Part shown: positions 47,877 to 57,798 of the stretch, piece by piece | Layout: every line of letters starts with the position of its first letter | Numbering within the stretch: the first letter of the stretch is position 1 | From: an uncultured Actinomycetes bacterium | Lineage (GTDB): Bacteria; Actinomycetota; Thermoleophilia; UBA2241 | Direction: 5' to 3' | Assembly: GCA_963767005.1 (NCBI GenBank) | Contig: CAVYCN010000004.1 | Location: 448,001 to 512,000, forward strand | Length of the DNA: 64,000 bases | Position numbers and translations under genes: made by a program | Notes under the pieces: model-generated | The model's database searches: none | The model's input: the letters and a program-made list of their open reading frames with translations, nothing else | What the model was told of the DNA's origin: nothing

Positions 47877-49481
47877 TCAAAGCCGGGCGTGTCTCACCGC
47901 GCCCGCCGAGACGGTGAGACACACCGGCATGTCCTTGATGGCAGCGGGTTCGAGCCAGGGGTCGCCGTCGAGCACGACGACGTCGGCCGCCTTGCCTACG
48001 GCCAGGCTCCCCCGGACGTGCTCCTCGCGGCCGGCCCAGGCGCCGTTTACCGTGAACATCCTGACGGCCTCGTCCACGCTCACGCGGCGGCACGGGTTCG
48101 GGTTGTTGACCGCGCTGTGGATGCCGAGCAGCGGGTCGATCGGCGACACCGGGCTGTCCGACCCGCCGGCGACGACGATCCCCAGGGCGCAGAGGCGGGG
48201 GAAGGGCTCGGCCCGGCGGGCCCGCTCGGGGCCCCACAAGGTCTCGTAGAGGCTGTCGCCGGCGACGTCGCAGGTCCACGAGAAGGCGGGCTGCATGGAC
48301 AGCGCGAGGCCGAGCTCGACGGCCTGGTCGACGGCCCAATCGGTCGGCACGAGGAAGTGCTCGACGCGGTGCCGGCAGTCGGCGCGCGGGTTGGCGGCCA
48401 TGGCCCTGGCGTAGGCCGCGACCAGGGTGTCGACGGCCCGGTCGCCGATCGCGTGCATGGCGACCTGGAGCCCGGCGTCGTGCGCCTCGCGCACGAAGGC
48501 GTCGACCCGCTCCTCGGGGATGTACAGCTCGCCGGAGACGCTCGGCATGTCGCTGTACGGTTCGTAGAACAGGGCCGTGCGCTCGGGCCCGGCGCCGTCG
48601 ATCGTCAGACAACCGCCGATCCTTGGAAGGCCGAGGTGCACGACGCGCTCGACGTCCATCGTTTGGTACATGACGAGGGTGTGCAGCGGGAGCGTCGGGC
48701 CGACGCCGAGGAGGGCTTGCACGTCGCGGTCGTCGTCCATGAACTGGCCGTCGAGGCAGTGCAGCGTGGTGACCCCCTTCTCGAGGGCGTGCTCGGCAGC
48801 CGCGCGATACTGTCGCTCGAGGCGGGCCTTCGTCAGCGCGCCGTAGGCCTTGCGCGCCGTCCAGAAGTGGGCCGTGTCGGTCACGAAGTGGCCGGTCGGT
48901 CGACCCGTCAGCGGGTCGGTCTCGACGCCGTCGAGACCGGCGGGCGGCGCCAGCAGCGCCAGCCCTCTCGAGTTCGCCGCACTCGAGTGGAAGGTGTCGG
49001 CGGCGATGTAGACCGGATGGTCTCCGGACACCGCGTCGAGCTCCTCGGCGCAGGGCAGCCGGCCGACCGTCCAGGTCGGGTAGTTGAAACCGTAGACCCA
49101 CTCGCCGGCCGTGGTGCGCGCCGCCTGCTCGGCGATGCGGCGGCACGCCTCGCCGACGGTCCGCACGTCGTCGAGCTGGGCGCTCCGGTACGACGTGGCC
49201 GTCAGGAAGAAGTGGACGTGCGCGTCGACAAAGCCGGGCAGCACAGTGCGTCCGGCGAGATCGATCACCTCGGTCCGGGGGCCGCGCAGACGCTCGATCT
49301 CCGCGCCCGAGCCGATCGCCGCGATCACACCGTCCCTGGCGGCCAGAGCGTGGGCGCGTTCGCCGGGGATCGCCGCCGAGACGATCGCGCCGTTCAGCAG
49401 GATGAGGTCCGCCGGCGCGGCAGAGCCGGCTCCGGCGCTCGCAGTCCGGTTCGCCTCGTCGTCGCCCGTCGAGCGGCTCAC
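47877..49481 (-). CDS. Amidohydrolase_3 (YtcJ-like)
   Basis: PGFVDAHVH, HAIGDRA, HRVEH, GSDSPV; GTGA overlap with TetR stop. Confidence 0.9.
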   Translation of the reverse strand: MSRSTGDDEANRTASAGAGSAAPADLILLNGAIVSAAIPGERAHALAARDGVIAAIGSGAEIERLRGPRTEVIDLAGRTVLPGFVDAHVHFFLTATSYRSAQLDDVRTVGEACRRIAEQAARTTAGEWVYGFNYPTWTVGRLPCAEELDAVSGDHPVYIAADTFHSSAANSRGLALLAPPAGLDGVETDPLTGRPTGHFVTDTAHFWTARKAYGALTKARLERQYRAAAEHALEKGVTTLHCLDGQFMDDDRDVQALLGVGPTLPLHTLVMYQTMDVERVVHLGLPRIGGCLTIDGAGPERTALFYEPYSDMPSVSGELYIPEERVDAFVREAHDAGLQVAMHAIGDRAVDTLVAAYARAMAANPRADCRHRVEHFLVPTDWAVDQAVELGLALSMQPAFSWTCDVAGDSLYETLWGPERARRAEPFPRLCALGIVVAGGSDSPVSPIDPLLGIHSAVNNPNPCRRVSVDEAVRMFTVNGAWAGREEHVRGSLAVGKAADVVVLDGDPWLEPAAIKDMPVCLTVSAGAVRHARL

Positions 49482-50212
49482 CGGTCGTCGGCGGCGGCGC
49501 GCCGGGCGGCCGCCGCCTGGTCGGACCAGCGCTGGACGACGGGCGTGAGCACCTCGCGCCAGAGCTCGAAGCGGGCTGCGAGATCGAAGCCGCGCGGCCC
49601 CATCAGCTCGCGCTGCAGGGCGAAGCCCTCGAGCGCGCTGAGCATGAGCGACGCGATGACATCGGCCTCGTCGGCCGGCAGGCCCTCGAGGTCGAGGATG
49701 CGCAGGACCTCGCCGTAGTAGGAGTGCATGAGGGCGGCGAAGCGGGCGTGCAGCCGACGGTCCCTGACGAAGTGCGGGATGAGGTCGAACAGGGTGCGCC
49801 AGTACTCGGAGTCGCGCGCGGCCTTCACGTGGAAGTCGAGCAGGAAGCGCAAGCGCTCCTCGGACCCTGCGTGCGCCCCCAGGGAGGGGATGACCTCGGG
49901 CCGCAGGTCGAACAGCATCGCGTCGGTCAGCGCCGTGATCAGGCCGGCCTTGTCGCCGAAGTGGTAGATGACGGTCGACTTGTGCTCGCCCGCCATCGTG
50001 GCGACGGCGCCCACCGACAGCGCCTCGAAGCCATCGCGCCGCAGGAGCTTGCGCGCCGCCTCGAGGATGGAGCGCGCCGTGTCGCTCATGTGTTCGACGG
50101 GGTTGATGAGAGGCGAGCCGGCGGCCCCGGGGGACTGCGGCCCGTCGTCTTTGGCGGGGCCGCGCCTGCCGGCCGGGGCTCCGTCGCGTCGTGCCCTGGG
50201 TGCCACGGTCAT
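49478..50212 (-). CDS. TetR family regulator
   Basis: VATMAGEHKSTVIYHFGDK HTH. Confidence 0.9.
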   Translation of the reverse strand: MTVAPRARRDGAPAGRRGPAKDDGPQSPGAAGSPLINPVEHMSDTARSILEAARKLLRRDGFEALSVGAVATMAGEHKSTVIYHFGDKAGLITALTDAMLFDLRPEVIPSLGAHAGSEERLRFLLDFHVKAARDSEYWRTLFDLIPHFVRDRRLHARFAALMHSYYGEVLRILDLEGLPADEADVIASLMLSALEGFALQRELMGPRGFDLAARFELWREVLTPVVQRWSDQAAAARRAAADDR

Positions 50213-50256
50213 CTCCGATCGCCGGTCGCAAGCAGCGTCATCGCTGACGGAGTATA

Positions 50257-50339
50257 TACCGAACGTTCGATAGGACAATCCTTGACATCCCCCCCGACCA
50301 GCATAGGATTCGCGGCGAGTCACCCTACCGAACGTTCGA
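50257..50339. promoter_or_regulatory. Twin operator boxes flanking a promoter
   Basis: TACCGAACGTTCGA at 50257-50270 and 50326-50339; TTGACA 50282-50287, 16 nt, TAGGAT 50304-50309. Confidence 0.75.
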
Positions 50340-50406
50340 AAGAACGAAGGCGGCTCCGTCGTGGCACGTAGGCGGGCCGCAACCACCGAATCAGGGGGAA
50401 GGGGAC

Positions 50407-52110
50407 ATGGGCACATGGAGTTGGGGGGGCCATGTTGCCCCCGGCGCGCGTCGTCGCGCGTCCGGCCTCGTCCTTGTGATCGCGATCGTGCTCCTGGCGG
50501 TCGCCCTCGCCGCTTGCGGCGCGAAGTCGTCGACCACCTCGGGCTCGACGAGCGGCGCCGGCGCCGGTCTGACGATACAGAGCACCACGCCGCCCGGCAC
50601 CCACACCGTCGCGCAGATCACCTGGGACCTGCCCAACGGCGAGCCGACCACGCTCGATCCGCTCAAGGCAGGCGACTACGGCCCCTGTTTCGTGAGCTCT
50701 CAGCTCCATGACACACTCGTGCGCTACTCGCCCGACTGGCAGACGCTCGGCCCCGGGATCGCGGAGTCGTGGAAGTACGTGACGCCCCTGAAGCTGGTCT
50801 ACCAGATCCGCAACGACGCGACGTTCTGGGACGGCAAGCCGGTGACCCCCGCCGACGTCGTCTTCAGCCTGCAGCGCAACATGGACCCGAAGAACGCCTC
50901 CATCTGGATGTCGTTCTACATCAATGTGAAGTCCATCAAGCAGACGGGGCCGTGGCAGGTGACCGTCACGTTCAGCAAGCCCGACGAGCTCTTCAACAAG
51001 GAGATGAGCACGAGCGGCGGCGGTATCGTCGAGAAGGCCTACGTGCAGAAGGTCGGCGAGAGCAAGTACGGCTCGGGCATGAACGTCATGGGCAGCGGCC
51101 CGTACGAGCTGACGAGCTGGAAGTCGGGCAGCGACATCGTGCTCACGGCCAACCCCCACTACTGGGACGCGAGCCTGCAGCCCAAGGTGCAGAAGGTCAC
51201 GCTGAAGTTCATCACCGACACGAGCACGCTGACCAGCGCCCTCCTGTCCGGTGAGATCGACGGCGCCTACGAGGTCCCGCCGACCAGCATCCCGGCGCTC
51301 AAGTCCGCCTCCGACGGCAAGGTCTACTTCGGCCCGAGCCTCTCGCTGTCGGAGATCGCCATCTCGAACCCGAAGGGCCCCATGGGGAACCCGACGATCC
51401 GCGGGGCGCTCTCGATGGCGATCGACCGGGCGGCCATCGCGACCAAGGTCTACAACGGCGCCGCCATCGCCAACCTCACGGTCACGCCGCCCGCCGCCTG
51501 GGACCCCGCCGCGACCGCCGTCTACAAGCAGGCCTACGACGCCCTGCCGCGGGGCGGGACCGCAAGCGACATCGCCGCCGCCAAGAAGATCGTGGCCGGC
51601 GTGCCCGGCGCGAGCACACCGATGGTGCTCGCCGTGATGGCGTCCGACCAGCGCGAGCTCGAGCTGGGGAGCATCGTGCAGCAGGCGGCCAGCGAGATCG
51701 GTCTGAAGGTCACGCTCAAGCCCATGCAGCCGATGGACATCTCGAACTTCTTCTACATCGCCTCGTATCGCAAGGGCATCGACATGGCGGTGACCCTCGG
51801 GTTCCTCGACGTGCCCGACCCCCTCGACTACACGTCCCTGTTCCTGGGCCCCACGGCGCTGTTCAACTGGATCGGCTACAGCAACCCCGCGGTCCTGAAG
51901 GACCTGGACCTGGCGCGCCAGACGTTCGACCCGACCAAGCGGGCGCAGCTCATCGTGGCCGCACAGAAGATCTACACCGCCGACACGCTCGTCGTACCGT
52001 TGACGAGCGACGACGAGATCCTCTTCATGAACAACCGCCTGAGCGGGGCGCCGGCGTCCTTTGCCTACATCTACCTGCCGAGCCTCGCCATGATCGGCGG
52101 GACGCAGTGA
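50407..52110 (+). CDS. ABC transporter substrate-binding lipoprotein (peptide/nickel family 5)
   Basis: LAAC; PTTLDP, IAESW, FWDGKPVTPADVVFS, GSGPY. Confidence 0.92.
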   Translation: MGTWSWGGHVAPGARRRASGLVLVIAIVLLAVALAACGAKSSTTSGSTSGAGAGLTIQSTTPPGTHTVAQITWDLPNGEPTTLDPLKAGDYGPCFVSSQLHDTLVRYSPDWQTLGPGIAESWKYVTPLKLVYQIRNDATFWDGKPVTPADVVFSLQRNMDPKNASIWMSFYINVKSIKQTGPWQVTVTFSKPDELFNKEMSTSGGGIVEKAYVQKVGESKYGSGMNVMGSGPYELTSWKSGSDIVLTANPHYWDASLQPKVQKVTLKFITDTSTLTSALLSGEIDGAYEVPPTSIPALKSASDGKVYFGPSLSLSEIAISNPKGPMGNPTIRGALSMAIDRAAIATKVYNGAAIANLTVTPPAAWDPAATAVYKQAYDALPRGGTASDIAAAKKIVAGVPGASTPMVLAVMASDQRELELGSIVQQAASEIGLKVTLKPMQPMDISNFFYIASYRKGIDMAVTLGFLDVPDPLDYTSLFLGPTALFNWIGYSNPAVLKDLDLARQTFDPTKRAQLIVAAQKIYTADTLVVPLTSDDEILFMNNRLSGAPASFAYIYLPSLAMIGGTQ

Positions 52111-52167
52111 CGGGCCGGAGGGTGGCTCGACAGGCGGTGGTGTGAGGCTCGCGGCGGGTCGATCGGC

Positions 52168-53118
52168 GTGACCCACTTCATCACCCAGCGCGTCATCGCG
52201 CTCGTCGTGACGCTGTTCGTCGCGAGCTTCCTCATCTTCGGTGCGCTCTACCTCGCCCCCGGCGATCCGGCGACCCTGCTCGCCGGCGGGCACGCCACGC
52301 CGGCCGTCCTGCAGCAGATCCGCGTCGAGAACCACCTGAACGACCCCGTCTGGACGCGCTACGGCCGCTGGCTGGCCGGGGTCGTGCACGGCAACCTGGG
52401 GCAGTCGTTCGTGTACCGGCAGAGCGTGACGAGCCTGCTCGCGCCGCGCATCGGCAACACCGTGTTCCTCGTCGTCTACGCGTCGATCCTCATCCTGGGC
52501 ATCGGCGTCACGCTCGGGCTCGTCTCGGCGCTGCGGCGCCGGCTCGGCGGCGTGGTGACGGTGGTCACCGCGATCGGCATGGCGACGCCGGCCTTCGTGG
52601 CCGCCATCGTCCTGATCCTCGTCTTCGCCGTCGACCTGGGCTGGTTCCCGGTGTTCGGCGCCGGCAGCGGCTTCGTCGGCCGGTTCTGGCACCTGACGCT
52701 GCCGGCCGTCGCGCTCGCCTTCTCGTGGGTCGCCTACGTGACCCAGATCACCAAGGCCTCGGTCCGCGAGGAGCTCGGCCGCGACCACGTCGAGACGGCG
52801 CGCAGCCGCGGCATCCCCTGGCCGCTCGTCGTGCGCCGCCACGTGTTTCGCAACGCGCTCATCCCGGTCACGACGGTCGCCGGCCTGACGGTCGCCGGCC
52901 TGATCGCCGGGGCGGTCGTCGTCGAAGAGGCGTTCGGTCTGAACGGCATCGGCTCGCTGCTCGTCCAGTCCGCCTCGCAGAAGGACTTCGCCGTCGTCCA
53001 GGCCATCGCCCTGCTGCTCGTGGCCACGTTCGTCATCGCCAACGCGGTGGTCGACCTCGTGAACGGCCTGCTCGACCCGCGGTTGCGCCTCTCAGGATCG
53101 GGTGGTCGTGGCAAGTGA
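52168..53118 (+). CDS. ABC permease (DppB-like)
   Basis: APGDPA, TARSRG, RHVFRNALIP, DPR. Confidence 0.93.
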   Translation: MTHFITQRVIALVVTLFVASFLIFGALYLAPGDPATLLAGGHATPAVLQQIRVENHLNDPVWTRYGRWLAGVVHGNLGQSFVYRQSVTSLLAPRIGNTVFLVVYASILILGIGVTLGLVSALRRRLGGVVTVVTAIGMATPAFVAAIVLILVFAVDLGWFPVFGAGSGFVGRFWHLTLPAVALAFSWVAYVTQITKASVREELGRDHVETARSRGIPWPLVVRRHVFRNALIPVTTVAGLTVAGLIAGAVVVEEAFGLNGIGSLLVQSASQKDFAVVQAIALLLVATFVIANAVVDLVNGLLDPRLRLSGSGGRGK

Positions 53119-53968
53119 CGTCGCGATAGCCCCGCCCGTGGCACAGACGCGCCGCCGCCGCCGGCTCGACCTGATCATGGTCGTCTGCGCCGCCTTCATC
53201 GTGATCGTCGTGGGGGTGGCGCTGCTCGCCCCCTGGATCTCGCCCCACAGCCCCGACCAGCTGAACATCCTGCATTCGAACGAAGGTCCGACGGCGCAGC
53301 ATCTGCTCGGCACCGACGAGCTCGGCCGCGACCTCCTCTCGCGCCTCATCTGGGGCGCGCGGCTGAGCCTGCTCGGGCCCGCCCTCATCGTCCTGATCGA
53401 GACAGTCGTGGGCACGACGCTGGCGATCGCCTCGGCCTGGCTGGGCGGCTGGTTCGACACCATCACCTCGCGCATCCTCGACATCCTCTTCGCCTTCCCG
53501 GGCCTCATCTTCGCGATCCTCGCCGTCGCCATCTTCGGTCCCGGGCTCGTGGCGCCGGTGATCGCCCTATCGATCGCTTACGTGCCCTACGACGCCCGCG
53601 TGCTGCGCAGCGTAGCCCTGCGCGAGCGCAACCTGCCTTACATCCAGGCGTGCTACGTCGAAGGTCTGCCGACCAGGGCGATCACGCTGCGCCACCTGCT
53701 GCCCAACATCATGCCGTTCGTGCTGGTGCAGGCCACGCTGGGCTTCGGCTACGCGCTGATCGACCTCGCGGCGATCTCGTACCTCGGCCTCGGCGTCGCA
53801 CCGCCTGCCCCGGAGTGGGGCCTGATGGTCTCGAACGGGCAGGCGTCGATCCTGACCGGTCATCCCGCGGAGTCGCTCTACGCCGGTCTGATGATCGTGG
53901 CGACGGTGATCGCCTTCAACCTGCTGGGCGACCGGCTGGCCACCCGCTTCTCGGTGCGCGCGTCGTGA
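53102..53968 (+). CDS. ABC permease (DppC-like); start may be 53114
   Basis: HLLGTDELGRD, HLLPN, PEWG. Confidence 0.93.
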   Translation: MVVASDVAIAPPVAQTRRRRRLDLIMVVCAAFIVIVVGVALLAPWISPHSPDQLNILHSNEGPTAQHLLGTDELGRDLLSRLIWGARLSLLGPALIVLIETVVGTTLAIASAWLGGWFDTITSRILDILFAFPGLIFAILAVAIFGPGLVAPVIALSIAYVPYDARVLRSVALRERNLPYIQACYVEGLPTRAITLRHLLPNIMPFVLVQATLGFGYALIDLAAISYLGLGVAPPAPEWGLMVSNGQASILTGHPAESLYAGLMIVATVIAFNLLGDRLATRFSVRAS

Positions 53969-54020
53969 ACGGTCCGCGCCGGCCACCCGGCGGACCGCCG
54001 TTGCCCGGGAGCTGTCTCAC

Positions 54021-55022
54021 GTGAGCGCGCTGCTGGAGATGAAGGAGCTCCACGTCGAGCTGCCGGTCGGCGAGTCGCTGCGGCCCGTGATCCACGACAC
54101 GACGGTCGCCCTCGACGCGGGCGAGGCGCTCGGTCTGGTGGGCGAGTCGGGCGCCGGCAAGTCGATGACCGTGCGGGCCATCCTGCGGCTGCTGCCGCGC
54201 GGGTCGACCGTGCGCGGCGAGATCCTCTACGAGGGTCGTGACGTGCTCGCCTTCGACCGTGAGGCCCAGCGCCGGTTCCAGGCATCGGATGCGGCGATGA
54301 TCTTCCAGGACCCGACGACCCACATCAATCCGGTGCGCAAGATCGGCGACTTCCTCACCGAGGCCCTGGTGACCAACGACAAGATGCGGCCGGCCGAGGC
54401 GCGCGCCCTCGTCGCCGGCATCCTGCGCGACGTCGGCATCGGCGACGCCGAGCGGCGGCTGTCTCAGTATCCCCACGAGCTGTCCGGCGGCCTGCTGCAG
54501 CGCGTGATGATCGCCGCCGCCCTCGCGATCAAGCCGCGCCTGCTGCTCGCCGACGAGCCGACGACCTCGCTCGATGTGACGACGCAGGCCGAGGTGATGG
54601 CGATCCTCGACGAGCAGCGTCGCCAGCGCGGCCTCGGCATGATCTTCGTGACGCACGACCTGGAGCTGGCGGCCGCGGTCTGCGATCGCATCGCCGTGAT
54701 GTACGCCGGCTTCCTCGTCGAGGACCGCCGCGCCGGCAGCCTGCACGAGGAGGCCCGCCACCCCTACACCGCCGGCCTGATGGCCTCACGGCCCAGCCCG
54801 ACGCAGCGCACGCAGCGCCTGTGGGCGATCCCCGGACGGCCGCTCTCGGCCTTCGAGGTCGAGGATGGCTGCGCCTTCGCCTCGCGCTGCACGTTCGTCG
54901 AGGAGCGCTGCCGGGTCGAGGCGCCGGCGCTGCGTGGGCTCGACGGCGGACGGGTCCGCTGCCATCGGGCCGAGGAGCTGCGTGGTCGCTTGACCGAGGC
55001 CCGCGGGGACGGCGATGCCTGA
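54021..55022 (+). CDS. ABC ATPase (DppD-like)
   Basis: GESGAGKS, ELSGG, DEPT, HPYT, Cys-rich tail. Confidence 0.94.
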   Translation: MSALLEMKELHVELPVGESLRPVIHDTTVALDAGEALGLVGESGAGKSMTVRAILRLLPRGSTVRGEILYEGRDVLAFDREAQRRFQASDAAMIFQDPTTHINPVRKIGDFLTEALVTNDKMRPAEARALVAGILRDVGIGDAERRLSQYPHELSGGLLQRVMIAAALAIKPRLLLADEPTTSLDVTTQAEVMAILDEQRRQRGLGMIFVTHDLELAAAVCDRIAVMYAGFLVEDRRAGSLHEEARHPYTAGLMASRPSPTQRTQRLWAIPGRPLSAFEVEDGCAFASRCTFVEERCRVEAPALRGLDGGRVRCHRAEELRGRLTEARGDGDA

Positions 55023-55926
55023 GCCGGGCGGACAGGTGGGCGGCGAGGCGCGCGGCGTCGCGCCCGACGAAGAGCATGCCGTCCGTGTCGAAGGGCTGAC
55101 CAAGGTCTTCCGCGGAGCGCACGGCGACGACGTCGTGGCGGTGAGCGACGTGTCGTTTGCCGTCGCGCCGGGCGGCGCGCTTGCGATCGTCGGCGAGTCG
55201 GGGTCGGGCAAGACGACGACGGCGCGCATGATCATCGGCCTCGAGCAGCCCAGTGCCGGCCACATCTTCGTCGGCGGGCAGGAGCGCGGCGCCCGCCGGC
55301 CGGGCTCGCGCGAGCGGCGGCGCCTCGGTCGCGAGGTGCAGATCGTCTTTCAGGACCCCTTCTCGTCGCTCGACCGGCGCCAGCGCATCCACGACTGCCT
55401 CGACGAGGTCGTGCGGCTGCACTTCCGGCTCGACCGCGCGCAGCGCGCGGCGCGCGTCGACGAGCTGCTTCTGCAGGTGGGGCTCGACGAACGCCACGCC
55501 GGCGTGCTGCCCCACGAGCTCTCGGGCGGGCAGCAGCAGCGCGTCGCCATCGCCCGGGCGCTCGCGTCGCAGCCGCGCGTGCTGATCCTGGACGAGGCCG
55601 TGGCCTCGCTCGACGTCTCGGTCCAGGCGCAGGTGCTCAACCTGCTGGCCGAGATCCGCGAGCAGACCGGCGTCACCTATCTCTTCATCTCGCACGATCT
55701 CGCCGTCGTGCGACAGGTGAGCGACGACGTGGTCGTCATGCGTCACGGTGAGATCGTCGAGCGCGGCCCCACCCACCGGGTGCTCGACGACCCCCAGCAC
55801 CCCTACACCAGGGCGCTCCTGCGCGCCGTCCCGCGGCGTGGCTGGAAGCCGGTCCGCACGCGCTTTGCCGACACGCCCGACAGCGCCGCCGAGGAGCCGT
55901 CTGCTCGAACAAAGGAGACGTCATGA
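55015..55926 (+). CDS. ABC ATPase (DppF-like)
   Basis: GESGSGKT, LSGGQQQR, LDEAV, HPYT. Confidence 0.94.
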   Translation: MPEPGGQVGGEARGVAPDEEHAVRVEGLTKVFRGAHGDDVVAVSDVSFAVAPGGALAIVGESGSGKTTTARMIIGLEQPSAGHIFVGGQERGARRPGSRERRRLGREVQIVFQDPFSSLDRRQRIHDCLDEVVRLHFRLDRAQRAARVDELLLQVGLDERHAGVLPHELSGGQQQRVAIARALASQPRVLILDEAVASLDVSVQAQVLNLLAEIREQTGVTYLFISHDLAVVRQVSDDVVVMRHGEIVERGPTHRVLDDPQHPYTRALLRAVPRRGWKPVRTRFADTPDSAAEEPSARTKETS

Positions 55927-57590
55927 CCGTCCTGCTGGAGACCTTGCGGCCCGCGCCGCTCGACCCGGCCGCCGAGCAGACCATGGTGCCCATGCGCGAC
56001 GGGGTGCGCCTGGCCACCGACGTCTACCTGCCGGCCCGGCCGGGGCGGCTGCCCGCCGTGCTCGTGCGCCTGCCCTACGACAAGTGCGGGCGCTACACGT
56101 TCATGCCGCAGTGCGCGCCCTTCTTCACCGAGCGGGGCTACGCCTTCGTGGTCCAGGACGTGCGCGGCAAGTTCCGCTCCGAGGGCGAGACCATGCCCTT
56201 CACACACGAGGTCGACGACGGCTACGACACGCTCGAGTGGCTGGCCGGCCAGAGCTGGTGCGACGGCCGCGTCGGCATGTTCGGCGACTCCTACTACGGC
56301 TACACGCAGTGGGCGGCCGTCGCCAGCGGTCACCCCGCCCTCAAGGCGATCGTCCCACGCGTGACGAGCTCCGACCTGAAGGTGCTCTCGTCGTGGTACG
56401 GCGACAGCGTCGTCCAGCTCTACGGCGCCGACTACCTTGCGCACTACTGGGCCGACCCGCTGATCTACCTCTTCGAGGTCGACTGGAGCCAGAGACCGCT
56501 GGCCGCGGCGTTCGACGACGGCTTCGCCGCGATCGGCAAGCGGTCCGCCGGGCTCGACGCGATGGTGAAGCTGAACGGCCCCGAGGGGATCGCGCAGTAT
56601 CCGGGCGGCCACCCCTTCGACAAGCTCCGTATCCCGGCGCTGCACTCCTTCGGCTGGTTCGACAACATCGCGCCCGACCAGTTCAAGGACTACACGGCAC
56701 TGCTGGCCCGTCCGAAGCTGGCCCACCTCCAGTACCTGGTGGCCGACGCCACCGACCACGAGAACTACCACCTGCGGCAGGTGCCGGTGACGGCCCAGGA
56801 CGACCACGACAGCAACGAGGAGGCGCTCGCCCGCATGCTGCCCGTCTACCTGGGACCGGGCCTTGCCTTCTTCGACGCCTTCCTCAAGGGCGAGAGCGAC
56901 CCGTCCACCATCCCCGTGGCTGAGTGGTACCTCGGCAACGACGAGTGGCGCCGGTCGCGGACGTGGCCGCCGCCGGGAACGCGCGAGCTGCGTCTCTATC
57001 TCGACGCCGCGGGCAGGGCGACGGCGGGCGCCGAAGGCGGCGCGCTGACGCGCTCGGCGCCGGGAGCGGCCGGCGCCGCGCGCTGGGTCCACGACCCCGC
57101 CGACCTCGTGCCCTCGACCGTCATGAACCCGTTCGCGTTCCTGGCCGAATGGCCCGACGAGCGTGACGTCGAGGGGCGTGGCGACGTGCTCACCTTCACG
57201 AGCGAGCCCGTCGCCGAACCGCTCGACCTGGCGGGGCCGGTGAGCGCCGCGCTCACGGTTGCCTCCAGCGGCCCGTCGCTGCATGTGTTCGCCAAGCTGT
57301 GCGACGTTGCGCCCGACGGCGCCGCGCATATGCTGGTGCGCGGCGAGCGGCTCGTGCAGGCGTCCGAGCTCGATCGACCGATCACCGTCGCCATGAGTCA
57401 CACCGGCTACCGCCTGCTGCCCGGCCACAGCCTTCGGCTTCACGTCGCGTCGAGCGACTTCCCTCTGTACATGTGGCACCCGGGCACCAGCGAAGACCCG
57501 TGGCTTGCCACGAGGGGCGAGGCCAACCAGCAGACCCTGACCACGGGCGGCACGGACCCGTCGCGGCTCACGCTGTCTGTGCTGGACTGA
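55923..57590 (+). CDS. CocE/NonD family hydrolase
   Basis: MRDGVRLATDVY, RLPY, QDVRG..RSEG, GDSYYG, GWFD. Confidence 0.93.
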   Translation: MTVLLETLRPAPLDPAAEQTMVPMRDGVRLATDVYLPARPGRLPAVLVRLPYDKCGRYTFMPQCAPFFTERGYAFVVQDVRGKFRSEGETMPFTHEVDDGYDTLEWLAGQSWCDGRVGMFGDSYYGYTQWAAVASGHPALKAIVPRVTSSDLKVLSSWYGDSVVQLYGADYLAHYWADPLIYLFEVDWSQRPLAAAFDDGFAAIGKRSAGLDAMVKLNGPEGIAQYPGGHPFDKLRIPALHSFGWFDNIAPDQFKDYTALLARPKLAHLQYLVADATDHENYHLRQVPVTAQDDHDSNEEALARMLPVYLGPGLAFFDAFLKGESDPSTIPVAEWYLGNDEWRRSRTWPPPGTRELRLYLDAAGRATAGAEGGALTRSAPGAAGAARWVHDPADLVPSTVMNPFAFLAEWPDERDVEGRGDVLTFTSEPVAEPLDLAGPVSAALTVASSGPSLHVFAKLCDVAPDGAAHMLVRGERLVQASELDRPITVAMSHTGYRLLPGHSLRLHVASSDFPLYMWHPGTSEDPWLATRGEANQQTLTTGGTDPSRLTLSVLD

Positions 57591-57597
57591 GAGAGAT

Positions 57598-57634
57598 GCG
57601 GCGAGCGGGACCGGCAGCCGGTCCCGCTCGCCGC
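57598..57634 (+). terminator. 18-bp inverted repeat after cocE-like gene
   Basis: GCGGCGAGCGGGACCGGC-A-GCCGGTCCCGCTCGCCGC. Confidence 0.7.
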
Positions 57635-57798
57635 GCCCGAGGTCTCCTCACTTCGTACCGGGGCCGGCGTCTTGCGTGCCCGGGCCGTGAGACGGGTGGT
57701 AGGCTGCCCGCGAGCGACCCGCTCCGAGCCGCCGGCGCGGCGCTCGCGAGACACGCCCCTTCGTCCCGCGCAGAGCCCCAGCGAAAGGAGACGCCGAC

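Noticed and set aside
50257-50339. LexA SOS boxes
   Set aside because: CGAAC/GTTCG halves have no 4-nt spacer; context fits a TetR operator.
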